DNA from: Amoebidium appalachense
Lineage: Eukaryota > Protista > Ichthyosporea
Length of the DNA: 64,000 nucleotides
Assembly (NCBI GenBank): GCA_963693365.1
Contig: CAVNZM010000014.1
Coordinates: forward strand, 5,208,001-5,272,000
Reading direction: 5' to 3'
Positions 31,601 through 53,220 of the stretch are shown piece after piece; within the stretch, counting starts at the first letter, position 1, and every line of letters starts with the position of its first letter. The translations under genes were made by a program, and so were the position numbers. A model generated the notes under the pieces. That model saw nothing but the letters and a program-made list of their open reading frames with translations, was not told the origin of the DNA and made no database searches.

Positions 31601-31824
31601 ACAACACACACACACACCAGTTTAACCGGTCATGTATCGCCAAATGTAGTTTGATAGACCACATAATACCGCAACACACACACGTCACATTCACAACAGA
31701 CACCCAGAAAGATAGCCTACCTGTAAATTACAACATCCTTGATTTTATACTAAACACGCGTAACTACGACCTGTTTATTAGATGTATTGATTGGCTTGAG
31801 AAACACATCACTACAAAATTATAG
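28630..31824 (+). CDS. LINE ORF2: APE endonuclease, reverse transcriptase and C-terminal Cys-rich motif
   Basis: Endonuclease motifs WNAR, CET, YYPP, GDFN and SDH. RT motifs GPDG, FRPITL, DWKTAYDSV, GLLQGSLLSPFLF, YADD and YKYLGV. Uninterrupted 1064 aa. Confidence 0.96.
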   Translation: MPNLSFFFWNARTLGPQKGLPPGTLDDKISYIQQQTNNHTFTVICETQFKNHHKFNSTLVDTSTHPGYAKNRGIIVLAAPHVRVKCKPVAKTEFSVSIEFLSNVFTFVYYPPSMSVVELTHELSQLPMSTVILGDFNTRLHHTDTLQVSVGYPSKPPERAIPLARYVQSHTLRFPQISHAHNTDWGVAFWPSTMSKLSLPPNLSRSSDHSPILFLPKISLDLLPPPPPTFRLRLSQLKSQWGRVDVCVCYATKHPIYMRLLESAQARPDSHLVLDTCTNFIVDDLIDLGDYAGGGRKEYPDALLLPNTTPARLGEPLSQKESLRRLASMNRFGPPARIIGDTTGDPLIDSDKYFSELFKDRTPAQKPIVWPVDPSIPIESILPFFSPDAIWSVISSYSSSKSCGPDGLPAGFLKILVPSYPQKESDRAIKPDLTIMLSSLFSWCVKCGHVPSSWLDTLVIPIVKKDSEGPISSFRPITLTQVVRRFFEACLLRLFAHHPRFQSILHIHPCQSAFRKNNSCYVQIMALHDSMQVGAQYVGFIDWKTAYDSVSPGLLWEKLAARGVPHCIGVLLEALLSQTYGRAVVNGHLSYGFARTRGLLQGSLLSPFLFNLFIDDLAVKIYAENDDPINNFPPALLYADDLSLLARTPRRLQRLFDVVSEWCKANLMILNIDKCGVLVPDIANNLHTFTLSSKPVPIVPEYKYLGVPVDSVGVMFPHMVEKRVELARKRLAFFSANIFKDTPLHPSIRLTFIRTFVFPACEYGLPLLAAWIKKERTRALKPLANFLEAEVASFLSNNCCKPGPVTLSIYGLVPIAARVSYLALKFNKHISRLKKYLPSHPLFSIRPVPSSPLPSFLPSLSPSPLGTNTNKPRNSVCVTLDCHLLIKHVHNHKIITQYNKWKKIPHDTRPDESIHLEKLSLMSRFIYTDRLNHIAKYGTRKCITPKYILPSCRTGLSLADGIIDQLPRFYCTRAIQWRSNKYKVASFACPNNTHTHQFNRSCIAKCSLIDHIIPQHTHVTFTTDTQKDSLPVNYNILDFILNTRNYDLFIRCIDWLEKHITTKL

Positions 31825-31844
31825 CGCACGCGCACACACACACA

Positions 31845-31897
<53 letters not shown>

Positions 31898-31929
31898 CCA
31901 GCTGATACCGAGTGTCCCGAGGGGAGCCC

Positions 31930-31995
<66 letters not shown>

Positions 31996-32637
31996 GGGGA
32001 ACCCCAACTAATTGATTTCTCCTTGTAGTCTTTATGGTGTCTCGCAGAGAAAGTAAACCCTGATATATAGTCACCACCCGACATCTATGTACGTGATCAT
32101 GATATACCGCTGAGGGGATATTCCGAGCAAACCCCCCCCCCCATAAATGAGACTGGTTCTCTTTGCCTCGAGTAAACAGCGTAAACCCCCCCTTTTATAT
32201 ATACTGACCGCCTCAACCATATTGCCAAATATGGCACTCGCAAGTGTATAACACCTAAATACATATTACCTTCCTGTAGAACTGGTCTTTCTCTAGCTGA
32301 TGGTATTATTGATCAATTACCACGCTTTTACTGTACACGTGCTATACAGTGGAGATCTAATAAGTATAAGGTGGCATCATTTGCATGCCCAAACAACACA
32401 CACACACACCAGTTTAACCGGTCATGTATCGCCAAATGTAGTTTGATAGACCACATAATACCGCAACACACACACGTCACATTCACAACAGACACCCAGA
32501 AAGATAGCCTACCTGTAAATTACAACATCCTTGATTTTATACTAAACACGCGTAACTACGACCTGTTTATTAGATGTATTGATTGGCTTGAGAAACACAT
32601 CACTACAAAATTATAGCGCACGCGCACACACACACAC

Positions 32638-32690
<53 letters not shown>

Positions 32691-32722
32691 CCAGCTGATA
32701 CCGAGTGTCCCGAGGGGAGCCC

Positions 32723-32783
<61 letters not shown>

Positions 32784-33424
32784 GGGGAACCCCAACTAAT
32801 TGATTTCTCCTTGTAGTCTTTATGGTGTCTCGTAGAGAAAGTAAACCCTGATATATAGTCACCACCCGACATCTATGTACGTGATCATGATATACCGCTG
32901 AGGGGATATTCCGAGCAAAACCCCCCCCCCCATACCTGAGACTGGTTCTCTTTGCCTCGAGTAAACAGCGTAAACCCCGATCTTAGATCTGTGTACACAT
33001 CGAGCTATTTAGCCCGCGCACACGTATTGTTGTTTGCGTCAATGTCTAAATACGTTGTCCAATCAGATCTCGTTATATTTTCCCAAATATAGTAACCTAC
33101 ATTCCTCATTAATTCTATTCAATTCCTTTCCCATTCCATTCCTTTCTATCCTCATTCCTTTTCCTTCTTTTCCCACGACGTAGAATTGCTCTATGTTCCC
33201 CAACTATTAGGAATACTTATATTTAGACGTGTTATGTTAAGCCTTGAACATGTATAAATATATGATGTGAACTAATAGATACATAAGTGGTTTCATTTTG
33301 TTAAATGTTTCCACACTTTTATTAGAAGATTACTTTCATTAGACGATTGCGTTTTATCTTTTATGTGTCGACAGGCATTTCGATCGATTTATTTTACCCT
33401 CATAGTTTTCGTCTTTCTGATTGG

Positions 33425-33492
33425 ATACTCAGGAATGTGAAATCGATAAGCCAATCTTTTGATTGGCTTATCGATTTCACATTCCTGAGTAT
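33425..33492. repeat. Perfect inverted repeat (32-bp arms, TTTT loop)
   Basis: ATACTCAGGAATGTGAAATCGATAAGCCAATC-TTTT-exact reverse complement. Confidence 0.97.
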
Positions 33493-33659
33493 AAATAGAG
33501 CTTCATCTTGAAATATATATCAAGCAGTTGAATTCATTTCCTATGGTTCCAGAAATCGTTCCACCTCTCCGGTTGTGTTTCTCCCGTGTGTCTCTGTGTT
33601 GTGTATTACATAACACCCATCTGTGCTCTCTGCTTCTCCGTTTACCCACACAAAATAAC

Positions 33660-34428
33660 AGCATCCCCTGCCCCTGCGCTTGAGGCGGCGGGCAGGTGGG
33701 CAGCCGACGACGCTCCGCGGGCGGCGGCGATTGCGGAGTGTGAGGGCCTGTTGGAGGCCTATCAGAGCCCTGCTCTGCAGGAAGCCCTCCGTGGGCAGCG
33801 GGTGCAGTGGCAAGCCGATGCCCAGGCGGCCCTTGGGGCCGTGCGGAAAAAGGGCAGCGGCAGCCCCTCGATGCAGCGCATTCTGTGGCAGCTTCTGCAG
33901 TTGTGCCTCGACCACGGGTTGCCTTGGCCACAGGAGGTGGCCTACATCCCGGGTGCCAGTGAGCTCAACGACCGAGCAGATTGGCTGTCGCGGGTGGACC
34001 CCCGGCATGAATGGCAAGTCACGCCGGAGGCAGTCGAGCGGGTGGAGTGGCTGCTGGGCATGCAGCCCGAAGTCGATCGGTTTGCCACCCACACCTCGGC
34101 AGTGAAGGCCGAGTTTAATGTGTGGGCCCAGGCAGGGACCCCCAGTGGGATGGCAGATGGGTTGGCGGTGCCGTGGACGGCACCAAGCGGGTGGGCGCCT
34201 CCGTTCCCGCTGATCAAGCGAACGGTGGCCAAGCTGCAGCGGGAAGGTGCAGCGGGCATCCTCGTCGTTCCAGTGTGGGATACGGCGTCGTGGTGGCCCG
34301 TCATTCAGGGGTTGGCTTCGGCAAGTGTGCCTCTGCGCCCCTATGAGGTGATTTTCCCGCGCGGGGTGCGGCCGTGGCGTATGCAAGCATTTCGTCTGGA
34401 CGTCACCCCCGGTTCCTGGGCAGGCTGA
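33660..34428 (+). mobile_element. DIRS-type (tyrosine-recombinase retrotransposon) fragment: RNase H C-half plus Dam-like methyltransferase domain
   Basis: QADAQAA...GSGSP.MQR...YIPG..LNDRADWLSR matches DIRS RNase H. It is followed by VDRFAT...DGLAVPW...WAPPFPLI..TVAKL...ILVVPVW...WWP, the DIRS MT domain. GC-rich and 5'-truncated; no RT or recombinase nearby. Confidence 0.8.
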
Positions 34429-34770
34429 GGGGCCCCAGCCAGCCAGTGTAATTGTATAATAGTGTATGTTAGCCGGCTGTGTCTTAGTGGACGTAGATAG
34501 CAGTTTGGTGTCTAAAATGATATATTTGGTAAATACTCATTTTATCCACCAATCGGAAGAAGATGGTGTGATGATCGGCATCATACATCTCTTCCTGTAG
34601 AAGCGACTATAAAAGTCGTGTTTTTCGCTTCTCTCAAACAGTCTTTTCCTCGCCGCTTCTCTTAGGACCCACCCACCCGCCCGCATTCTGTTTCCTCGCC
34701 GTTTGCCTGCTGTTCTCAGCTTTATGGATCAGGGCTGTAAGTGCTAGGTTGAGGGTAGTAGTGCTTGGGT

Positions 34771-34802
<32 letters not shown>

Positions 34803-35336
34803 TGATTTCTGTTTTCGGGCCCGAGGGCCTTATCTGTATTGATCTCGTATGTATGGCCCCAGGGCCAGGAGTCAGTACATGTGATTTATTTGCGGCCCAG
34901 TGGGGGCCTGCGGGGACGGCAGCCGGGTGCTGCCTCTCATCATCAGACCGGCCATAAAGCAATCGAAAAGCAGTTTGGTGTCTAAAATCGCTATAGCGCG
35001 GTTTATCTCAAACGACGTGTGTTCTATGGCTTAAAGTCACGCACAAAATGTCAAGGGAAATGGCGGCAAGAATGGCCGTCACTTGAAGGGAGGGGAGGGG
35101 TGAGGGGGGCTCCTTCGCGTTAGATTTGCACGCACTTTGCGGCATGCCTTCGCCTTGTGTGCCTTGGAGGTGTGGATGTGTGGGTTTGTGTAGGTGCAAT
35201 AAAATAACATATTTTTATGTGTTTCAAGTCTACTGGGCCCAGTATGGTTGGGTGGGTGGTGTTGGTGATGGTGGTGGTGGTTGCCGTAGTATTTTTTTTT
35301 TTTTTCCTTTTTCTTTTTCTTTCTTTTTTTTTTTTT

Positions 35337-35367
<31 letters not shown>

Positions 35368-35479
35368 GAGGGGGAGGGGGGAGGGAGGGAGAGGATGGAG
35401 CTGTGTTTGTGTGTATTACGTTAACATTTCGGTGAACGAGAGGGCGGGGGGGGGGGGGGGGGAGGAGGGAGGGGAGGAG

Positions 35480-35516
<37 letters not shown>

Positions 35517-35816
35517 GGGGATCACAGCCGTCGTTTTGATATCATGGGCTTTCTCGTTCTTTGTCTTTTTTATTTCTTTTGGTATCCTTCTTTTTTTCAC
35601 GTTCTTCTTCTTCTTTGTTTTTTGTAGCCTCTTCTTCCGGTTCTTCTTTTTTTGTGGCAATAGTGGTGAGGGTGGAGGAGTGGGTTGGTGAGACTCAGTG
35701 GGTAGGTGGGCGAGAGAGGGAGAGTAGGGCGGGTACCGGTGGGTGAGTGGGCAAGAGAAACAGAGGGGGGAGGGGGGGAAGGGCGGACCCACCTCTTTGG
35801 CGGGGGGGTGGGTTCC

Positions 35817-35852
<36 letters not shown>

Positions 35853-35923
35853 CGGGGAATCCAACGGGACCCTCCGCGCCGGCCGCGGCTGTGTTACCCT
35901 CTCAAGTTATGGGACGCTCGCCT

Positions 35924-35954
<31 letters not shown>

Positions 35955-36799
35955 CCCTCCCCTCCCCCTCCCCTCCCTAAGTCTTCTTCCCTTCGTTTTA
36001 ACCAGCTTTTCGAATTTTGACACAGATAGGGCAAATCTATCATGCACAACATGTCACTGGTAGTGTGCGTCTGCAATTTTTGTGCGGTGTAGACGTGGGA
36101 CCGTGTGTGTATGTGTCCTTAAGGTGGGCGGGCATTCGGCACTGCTAATCACTGTGGTGGCCTGACAGTGTGTGAGTAAACGTCGTGCCACATGTGCAAG
36201 CTGTGTGGACGCAATGCGCTTAGCATGTGCAAAATTACACGGCATTTCACGTGTGTGCTAGAGAAGTAGGCCCGGTGTTTGCGGCACGTGTGGGTGTCAC
36301 TGTGCATGTGTGTCACAGTGCGTGTTTGCCTGTGTGTGCGTTTGTGTGCATATGTGTGCATGTGTTGTGTGTGTGTGTGTGTCAGTGATTGAGATAGCTC
36401 CCAAATTCTCTGGCACAAATCTGCACGTGTCTGTCTGAATTGCCATAATATGTGCGTGTGTGTGTTTCTGTTGTTCAAGTGCAAATGATGAGCATGTATG
36501 ATGGCGCATGATGCATGGATGAAATTGCGTCAGGCAAATAACCCGGGGGGGGGGGGGGGGGGGGGGGGGGATAGATAAAGAGCGAAAAAGAGGGCGCGGT
36601 GGTGGTGTTGGTGGTGTGATGGTGGTGGTGGTGGGCGGGGGGAGGGGGGGGGAGGGGGGGGGGGGGGGAGGGGGGGGGATAGATAAAGAGCGAAAAAGGG
36701 GGCGCGGTGGTGGTGGTGGTGGTGTGATGGTGGTGGTGGTGGGCGGAGCCGCGGGGGGGGGGGGGGGGGGGGGATAAGGGGGAAAGCAGTTACACACGC

Positions 36800-37160
<361 letters not shown>

Positions 37161-38373
37161 CGTGTGCTGGGCCTGGAAGCCTGAATGTGCAAGACTTCGA
37201 ATTCGATGTGGTTGGATGTAATAGATTTGGGATTGTGTATCTTTTGTCCCACACACCACGTTGTTGGTTTGTCCTCTGCTGTTTAATGATGTCGCAGTTA
37301 CACAATTTATTACCTACCCATTTACGTACACATTGCTCAAACTCCCACTTTCACAAATTTTGAAACCACCTCACTTGCTGGTCGCTTGCAGTGTTGACTG
37401 CGACTGGCCGGGTGAAATAATACCAAATGACGTCATACCCCCCTTGCTCACACTTGGGGGGTATTTACTGATATTATTCTGTTCTTAGTAACAGTATAAC
37501 CATCAACACACTATCTTTTATGCCTTAAAATGTCTTCTCACAAAAAACATATAAAACAATAATAAACATGTGGCTCATAATAGAAAAGAGTCAGCCAAAG
37601 AAGCTAAATGCTCGAAAATACTAGAGCAAGCGACTTTACGTTTGTTGTCAGGAAACTAGTTGGACCCCATCCATCGAAGGAGTATACAACTCATTCCGAT
37701 AAAAATTGCGAGACAAGTTACCATATTTGGCTATTACTGAGCCAAGTTTGGCAAAGTTGCACTGGCAGGCCCACTGCTGCTTTTTTCTCTTTTTTTTTTT
37801 CCTTTTCGAAGTTTTTGTTCCCTCTGTGAGACTGCTTCAACGAACTTAGGGCATTTGGCAACTGAATTTAACTCAGGTTTGTAATTACATAGGAAAAGAT
37901 AGCTTCATTACGACTTTACCCTCGTGAGGTTTTAGCTCGTTTTTTTTGGGAAGGACAAGTAGGGATTGCTTGCTAGAACGGTGCACCTGGAGGTTGAAAC
38001 TGTAAAAGTTATAGGAGTCACATCTCCTATGCAATTGAACCTGAATCCTTAGCCGTTTGCACATACAACCTGTTTATGGTGTAAATATGCAGGGGTTTGT
38101 TTATATGAACTTTGGGTCTTCTGTTTGTCCTTTATCCACGGTAGAGTTGAAAAGGCATCCTGCTGGCATTCGTGCTGTGTGGTTCCGCATGCATGTGCAT
38201 GCTTAAGCCGGTGCTCGTGTGTGCGTGCTTGACGTTGAAAGAAGGAATGAAAAGGGAGGGGGGCGGTTGAAGAGTTGTCCTTTTCGAATTGTGAAGACCT
38301 GGTTCGTTATTTCACTTGTGTCCTCATAAACTTTATTTTTCGCAGGTCACCTTTTAGCCTGACAACAGCAAAC

Positions 38374-48832
<10,459 letters not shown>

Positions 48833-48841
48833 GATGCAGAG

Positions 48842-48883
<42 letters not shown>

Positions 48884-49749
48884 ACCTCCCCCTACAACAC
48901 ACACACACACAACACACACGTACACAAACCCTGCTGCCTCCGTGTCAGGGTGCCCCAACTCGCATTCACACAAAGGTTACTTGTTTCCAAAACTCACCAT
49001 ATGCTTACTCTAACATACGGACTCTGGTAGTGAGCTCTACCGATATAGGCAGAAATGTATGAGAAACCACCGCTTAATTTGTAAAACACGACAAGTCCCT
49101 GTTGCTGTATGTAGAAAGGAAGGAGTTGTGTTTATGTTAGAGCTCTTATGTTCTTAAGGTTTGTTTCAGGCTTTAGCATGCACTCCTACGGCCATATACT
49201 TTGTTCGAAAGTGAACGTTATGCAAGCAGATGGTTTTAGATATACAGGAGATATGCTGAAAAATTATGGCCATGTTACATGTTACATCTCATTGACTAGA
49301 TGGTGATAGATACTGTTTGGATATGCGGAAGTCAGTGTTATAATTATGAACATGTGACAGTGTTACAGTGTTATGGTATGGAAGCACATGCATGATTAGA
49401 CACACATAGATATATGATTTATGTTCTCTTCGGATCATCTCGCTGTGTGATCATGAATCAACACGACGATCGCCGTGGTGGGTTTAATAAAGAAGTTAAC
49501 GGTTACCATGTGGCTTTGAAAGGGATTTCTTTCAGGTTTATTTATATGCATTTTTGTCGGCCCTTTCGGGCCAGGCCAAAATGCTGTTCGGTGCACATCC
49601 CTTCTGAAAGCGTATGCAGATTGCTTTCGGATCTGACGACTCGGGTCTTTAGAAGAAACTTCCTTTAACTCATTTACTGCTCACTCAGCATGAGATATAT
49701 CATATTGATTAGCATTGTGTTTAACGTCTTGTTTGTGGGCTCATCGCAA

Positions 49750-49856
<107 letters not shown>

Positions 49857-50779
49857 CAAGAAAAAAAAAGAAAGAAAAATTGAAAAAAGAAAGAAAAAGA
49901 AAGAAGAAGAAAAGAAACAAATGCAAGACCAAAAATTCGCTGTTCCCTCTCACACACCATTCCCCACGAATTCCCCTTCCAATCACCAACTTTCTACCTT
50001 CGTCCCCACTACTGGCATGCTTCGAATTGATTGGAGCATCATTCAAAGCCTGGCCACACACAAACACAGAGAGAGAAAGAGAGAGAGAGAGAGGGGGGGG
50101 AAAGAAGTGAACTTTAGAGGGGGATGGGAGGTGGTATGTGTGTGGGGGGGGGGGGGGGGGGCTCACGAGGTGCAAGCCGCACCTGCAAAACGAGAACTAT
50201 GTGTTCAAACTTAAGCAAACTATGAGAAGTTGAATTCCGATGATCACTTTGCCTTTACTGTCGCAGACTTTCATATTCAGCAAACATGAGAGCCATTCAT
50301 TTGAGCCGAATACATACATGTGCAACGTTTTCAAAGCACGGTTACTACAATGAACAGTTTTAAATTCTACATGAATAAACTAAGCAACCAAGTATTCTTC
50401 TGCATTAAGAACGCCGCGGGGACAGCAGATGAACTGTGCTGGCGCGCGAAGAGAATTATTCATTTGCCAAAAATTAGCAAATACGCAACTCTTCTGAATT
50501 GGCAGTTTTATTCTGCAAAGTTATGCATTTGTTCCCAAATGTCTCGTTTTGTCTTTTTTTTCTTCCCTTCTCTTGTTTGATCACAGTTTGTTTGAGCAAG
50601 GTGCACCTTAACAACCCGTTAAAAAAAAAAAAAAAAAAAAAGGATGGTGTACGCATGTGTTTCAATTTGTGGACCTGCGTGAGTCACTGTGAACGTATTT
50701 GCATGTCCATGCATACACTGCCTATTATCTAATAGCTATCTAGATGGCTGCGTGTATGTGTTAACTTGAAGGTAACGTC

Positions 50780-50863
50780 GTAGACCTGTGTGTGCGTGGT
50801 ACATGCATGCGCATGCGTGTTATAGGTGCATGAAAGTCACGTGTGTGTGTGTGTGTGCCTACC

Positions 50864-50905
<42 letters not shown>

Positions 50906-51332
50906 TGTGTGTGTGTGTGTGTGTGTGCACGTGTGTGTGTGTGTGTGCAGGTGCGCGTGTGTGTGTGTGTGTGTGCGTGTGCGTGTGACTGTGTGCGTGC
51001 GTGCGTGCGTGCGTGCGTGCGTGTGCGTGTGTGTGTGTGTGTGCGCGCGCACGCGTGTTTGTGTGTGTGTGTGTCACGGTGCGACATGTGCATATGATGA
51101 TGCTATCTATTATCATGGTTTGTGTGTGCACGTATTTGTGTGTGCATGCATGTGTGCGTATGCGCGTGTATGCCTGACGAGAGAGAGTGTGTGTGTTTTG
51201 CAGTGGGTTGTTGCAGTGTGCACTTGTGTACACATGTGCGTGCGTGCGTTTGATTTGTGTCACTGTGTGTATGCGCGTGTGTGTGCGTGTGTATATATAT
51301 ATGTTGTGTGCACGTGCGTGTGTACTAGTAGT

Positions 51333-51369
<37 letters not shown>

Positions 51370-51441
51370 TGTGGGTGGGTGGGTGGGTGTGTGTGTGTGG
51401 GTGGGTGTGTGTGTGTGGGTATGTGTGTGTGTGTGTGTGAC

Positions 51442-51520
<79 letters not shown>
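50780..51520. repeat. Compound (GT)n/(GCGT)n microsatellite
   Basis: Direct inspection. Confidence 0.9.
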
Positions 51521-51522
<2 letters not shown>

Positions 51523-53109
51523 CCAGGCGCCCTATGTACATCATCTCAGGCTGTGTTTACAGCGAGTCGGAGACTCGGGGATCAATGCACTTTATTGGCC
51601 GCTCCCTCCGGCCAATCCGGAAACACAACCCCCATATGCATGATATATGTACATCATAATACAGACGAGAGCCACCCCTTATTAATGGTAACCTGCCACA
51701 CGGCCACGGCCGCTAAAGCCATACATCTTACAGACACAGTATCTAAGACAACTCAAAAAGGAGAAAAAAAAAAAAGGAAAAAAAAGAAAGAAAAAAAAAG
51801 GAAGAGAGAAAGAAAGAAAAGGAGCTAATTAACAAGGTTGGGAGGGTGGTTGTATTATGTGTGTGACGTGAGCGCGCAGGTATTGGAAACAAAGTTGGGC
51901 AGTGAGAAAATCACCCGTGTTTAGAAGGAAGTCAATGATGGTACTGAGTGTTGTGCTGGGTGACGAGAAGTGGATAGGTGGGTGAGGAGTGTGGAAGAAA
52001 AGGAGACCTGGGTGGCTAACGGAACAAAGGGGAACACAATACACCGGCCCACACAGCTATAGTAGCTACGGCACCAAGGGTGTAATTCACTAGGGCACCA
52101 CTGTCTAGGAAACATCAGGAACCGATTACCACGCCATTGAAGAGACCACTATGCTAGTACACCACTAGGGAAACCCACGATGCTATCAGCTAGAGACCGT
52201 TTTTCACGGCCTGTGGAGCAAACATATTGTACTAACGGTTTGTGTATGCGGGTGCTTGCGTTAAATGTGGTGGAGATGCGTGTTTTGTGTTGTGCGTGTA
52301 AAAAACGGTCCATGCGTGTGTGTAGGAGGGGAGTGTCATGAAGGTTGGGATGGGGTGGGAGTGTAGTGTAGGCACGAAGCAGAGAGATTTTGGAGGGATT
52401 GGGGAAAGGGTGTCCGCAGGTCAGGGGGGCGGGGGGCGGGGGGCGGGGGAGTGAGCCGGCGGGCCGTCTCTGACACTCTGAGCGGCTGAGCCACTCAAAC
52501 CGAGAAGATCTTGGAACTTTCGCATACCTGTGCCCCTTTTAATATCCAAAAAAGACCAGCCGTATTAATTGTGCTGAATTATCTTGTTTTTTTTTAGGGT
52601 GGACACACTTCAGCGAGGGCCTCTGCAAATTTTGGTCTCTGAAATCTTTTGACTCAGCTCTCTGGCCGCTGTAAATTTATTGAAACTCTTGAATAGGATT
52701 AAGTTGTCAGCTGTTTTCCCGGACAAAGAAGCAAGGAATACCCGAAACACCGTGTCGTCACGCCGTCCCGAAATCTGAATCCAAATTGTTCTATCCAAAA
52801 CCTGCGTTGAAATTTAGAACGAAAGAATATTGCCGAAAGATCGCACGTGCCCCATACTCGTGTGCCAAATTGCTTTCCGATTGGGTGCCAAGCCCCAGGT
52901 GTGTATCCCCCAACACCCCCAATGTAATGTAGCCAGGCAGGGTTACGCTCCTTATAACTTACAAAAATGCTTACAGGTATTTGTAGTTGTAACACAAGGC
53001 TATGTGTATCTATTTTTTTGGATTAGAGACTCTAGATAAGAAAAAATCATGCAGTTCTTTTGTGGCGGAACTTGAGTCGTTGGAGTTGTGGAGATTCCCA
53101 GGTGCGGTC

Positions 53110-53220
53110 TTTTAGCCAATCATAATACACCAGAGTTACAGGAGAAACAAACCGCCCAATCAAAATAAATAAGACTTTGCTTATCTCGATTGGATCACAT
53201 GTTTTAGTGATTGGCTGGCC
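53110..53220. promoter_or_regulatory. Cluster of four CCAAT boxes, putative promoter of the C2H2 gene
   Basis: GCCAATCA, CCCAATCA, GATTGG and TGATTGGC within about 110 bp, roughly 0.8 kb upstream of the ATG at 54000. Confidence 0.4.

Larger units (their letters stand above)
27311..32192 (+). mobile_element. Full-length, apparently intact non-LTR retrotransposon (inner LINE copy)
   Basis: 5' UTR, ORF1, ORF2, (CA)n, A61 (31934-31994) and a 198-bp terminal module ending GTAAAC(C)n. Confidence 0.93.
23953..32978 (+). mobile_element. Outer LINE copy (5'-truncated), interrupted at about 27301/32193 by an inner copy
   Basis: 23953-27301 matches the inner copy from mid-ORF1 to late ORF2. 32193-32978 resumes ORF2 at the break and carries the same 3' end. 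Confidence 0.92.
23823..33373 (+). mobile_element. Possible 3' LTR (about 520 bp) interrupted by the LINE pair
   Basis: PPT-like TTGAGTGGGGA immediately followed by TGTC at 23823, with a matching GACA at 33370-33373 and TATAAATA near 33253. No second LTR copy in the window to confirm. Confidence 0.35.

Noticed and set aside
31895-32192. Hammerhead ribozyme or telomeric array in the LINE 3' module
   Set aside because: There is no CTGANGA...GAAA core with proper stems, and the AAACCC motifs are dispersed rather than tandem.
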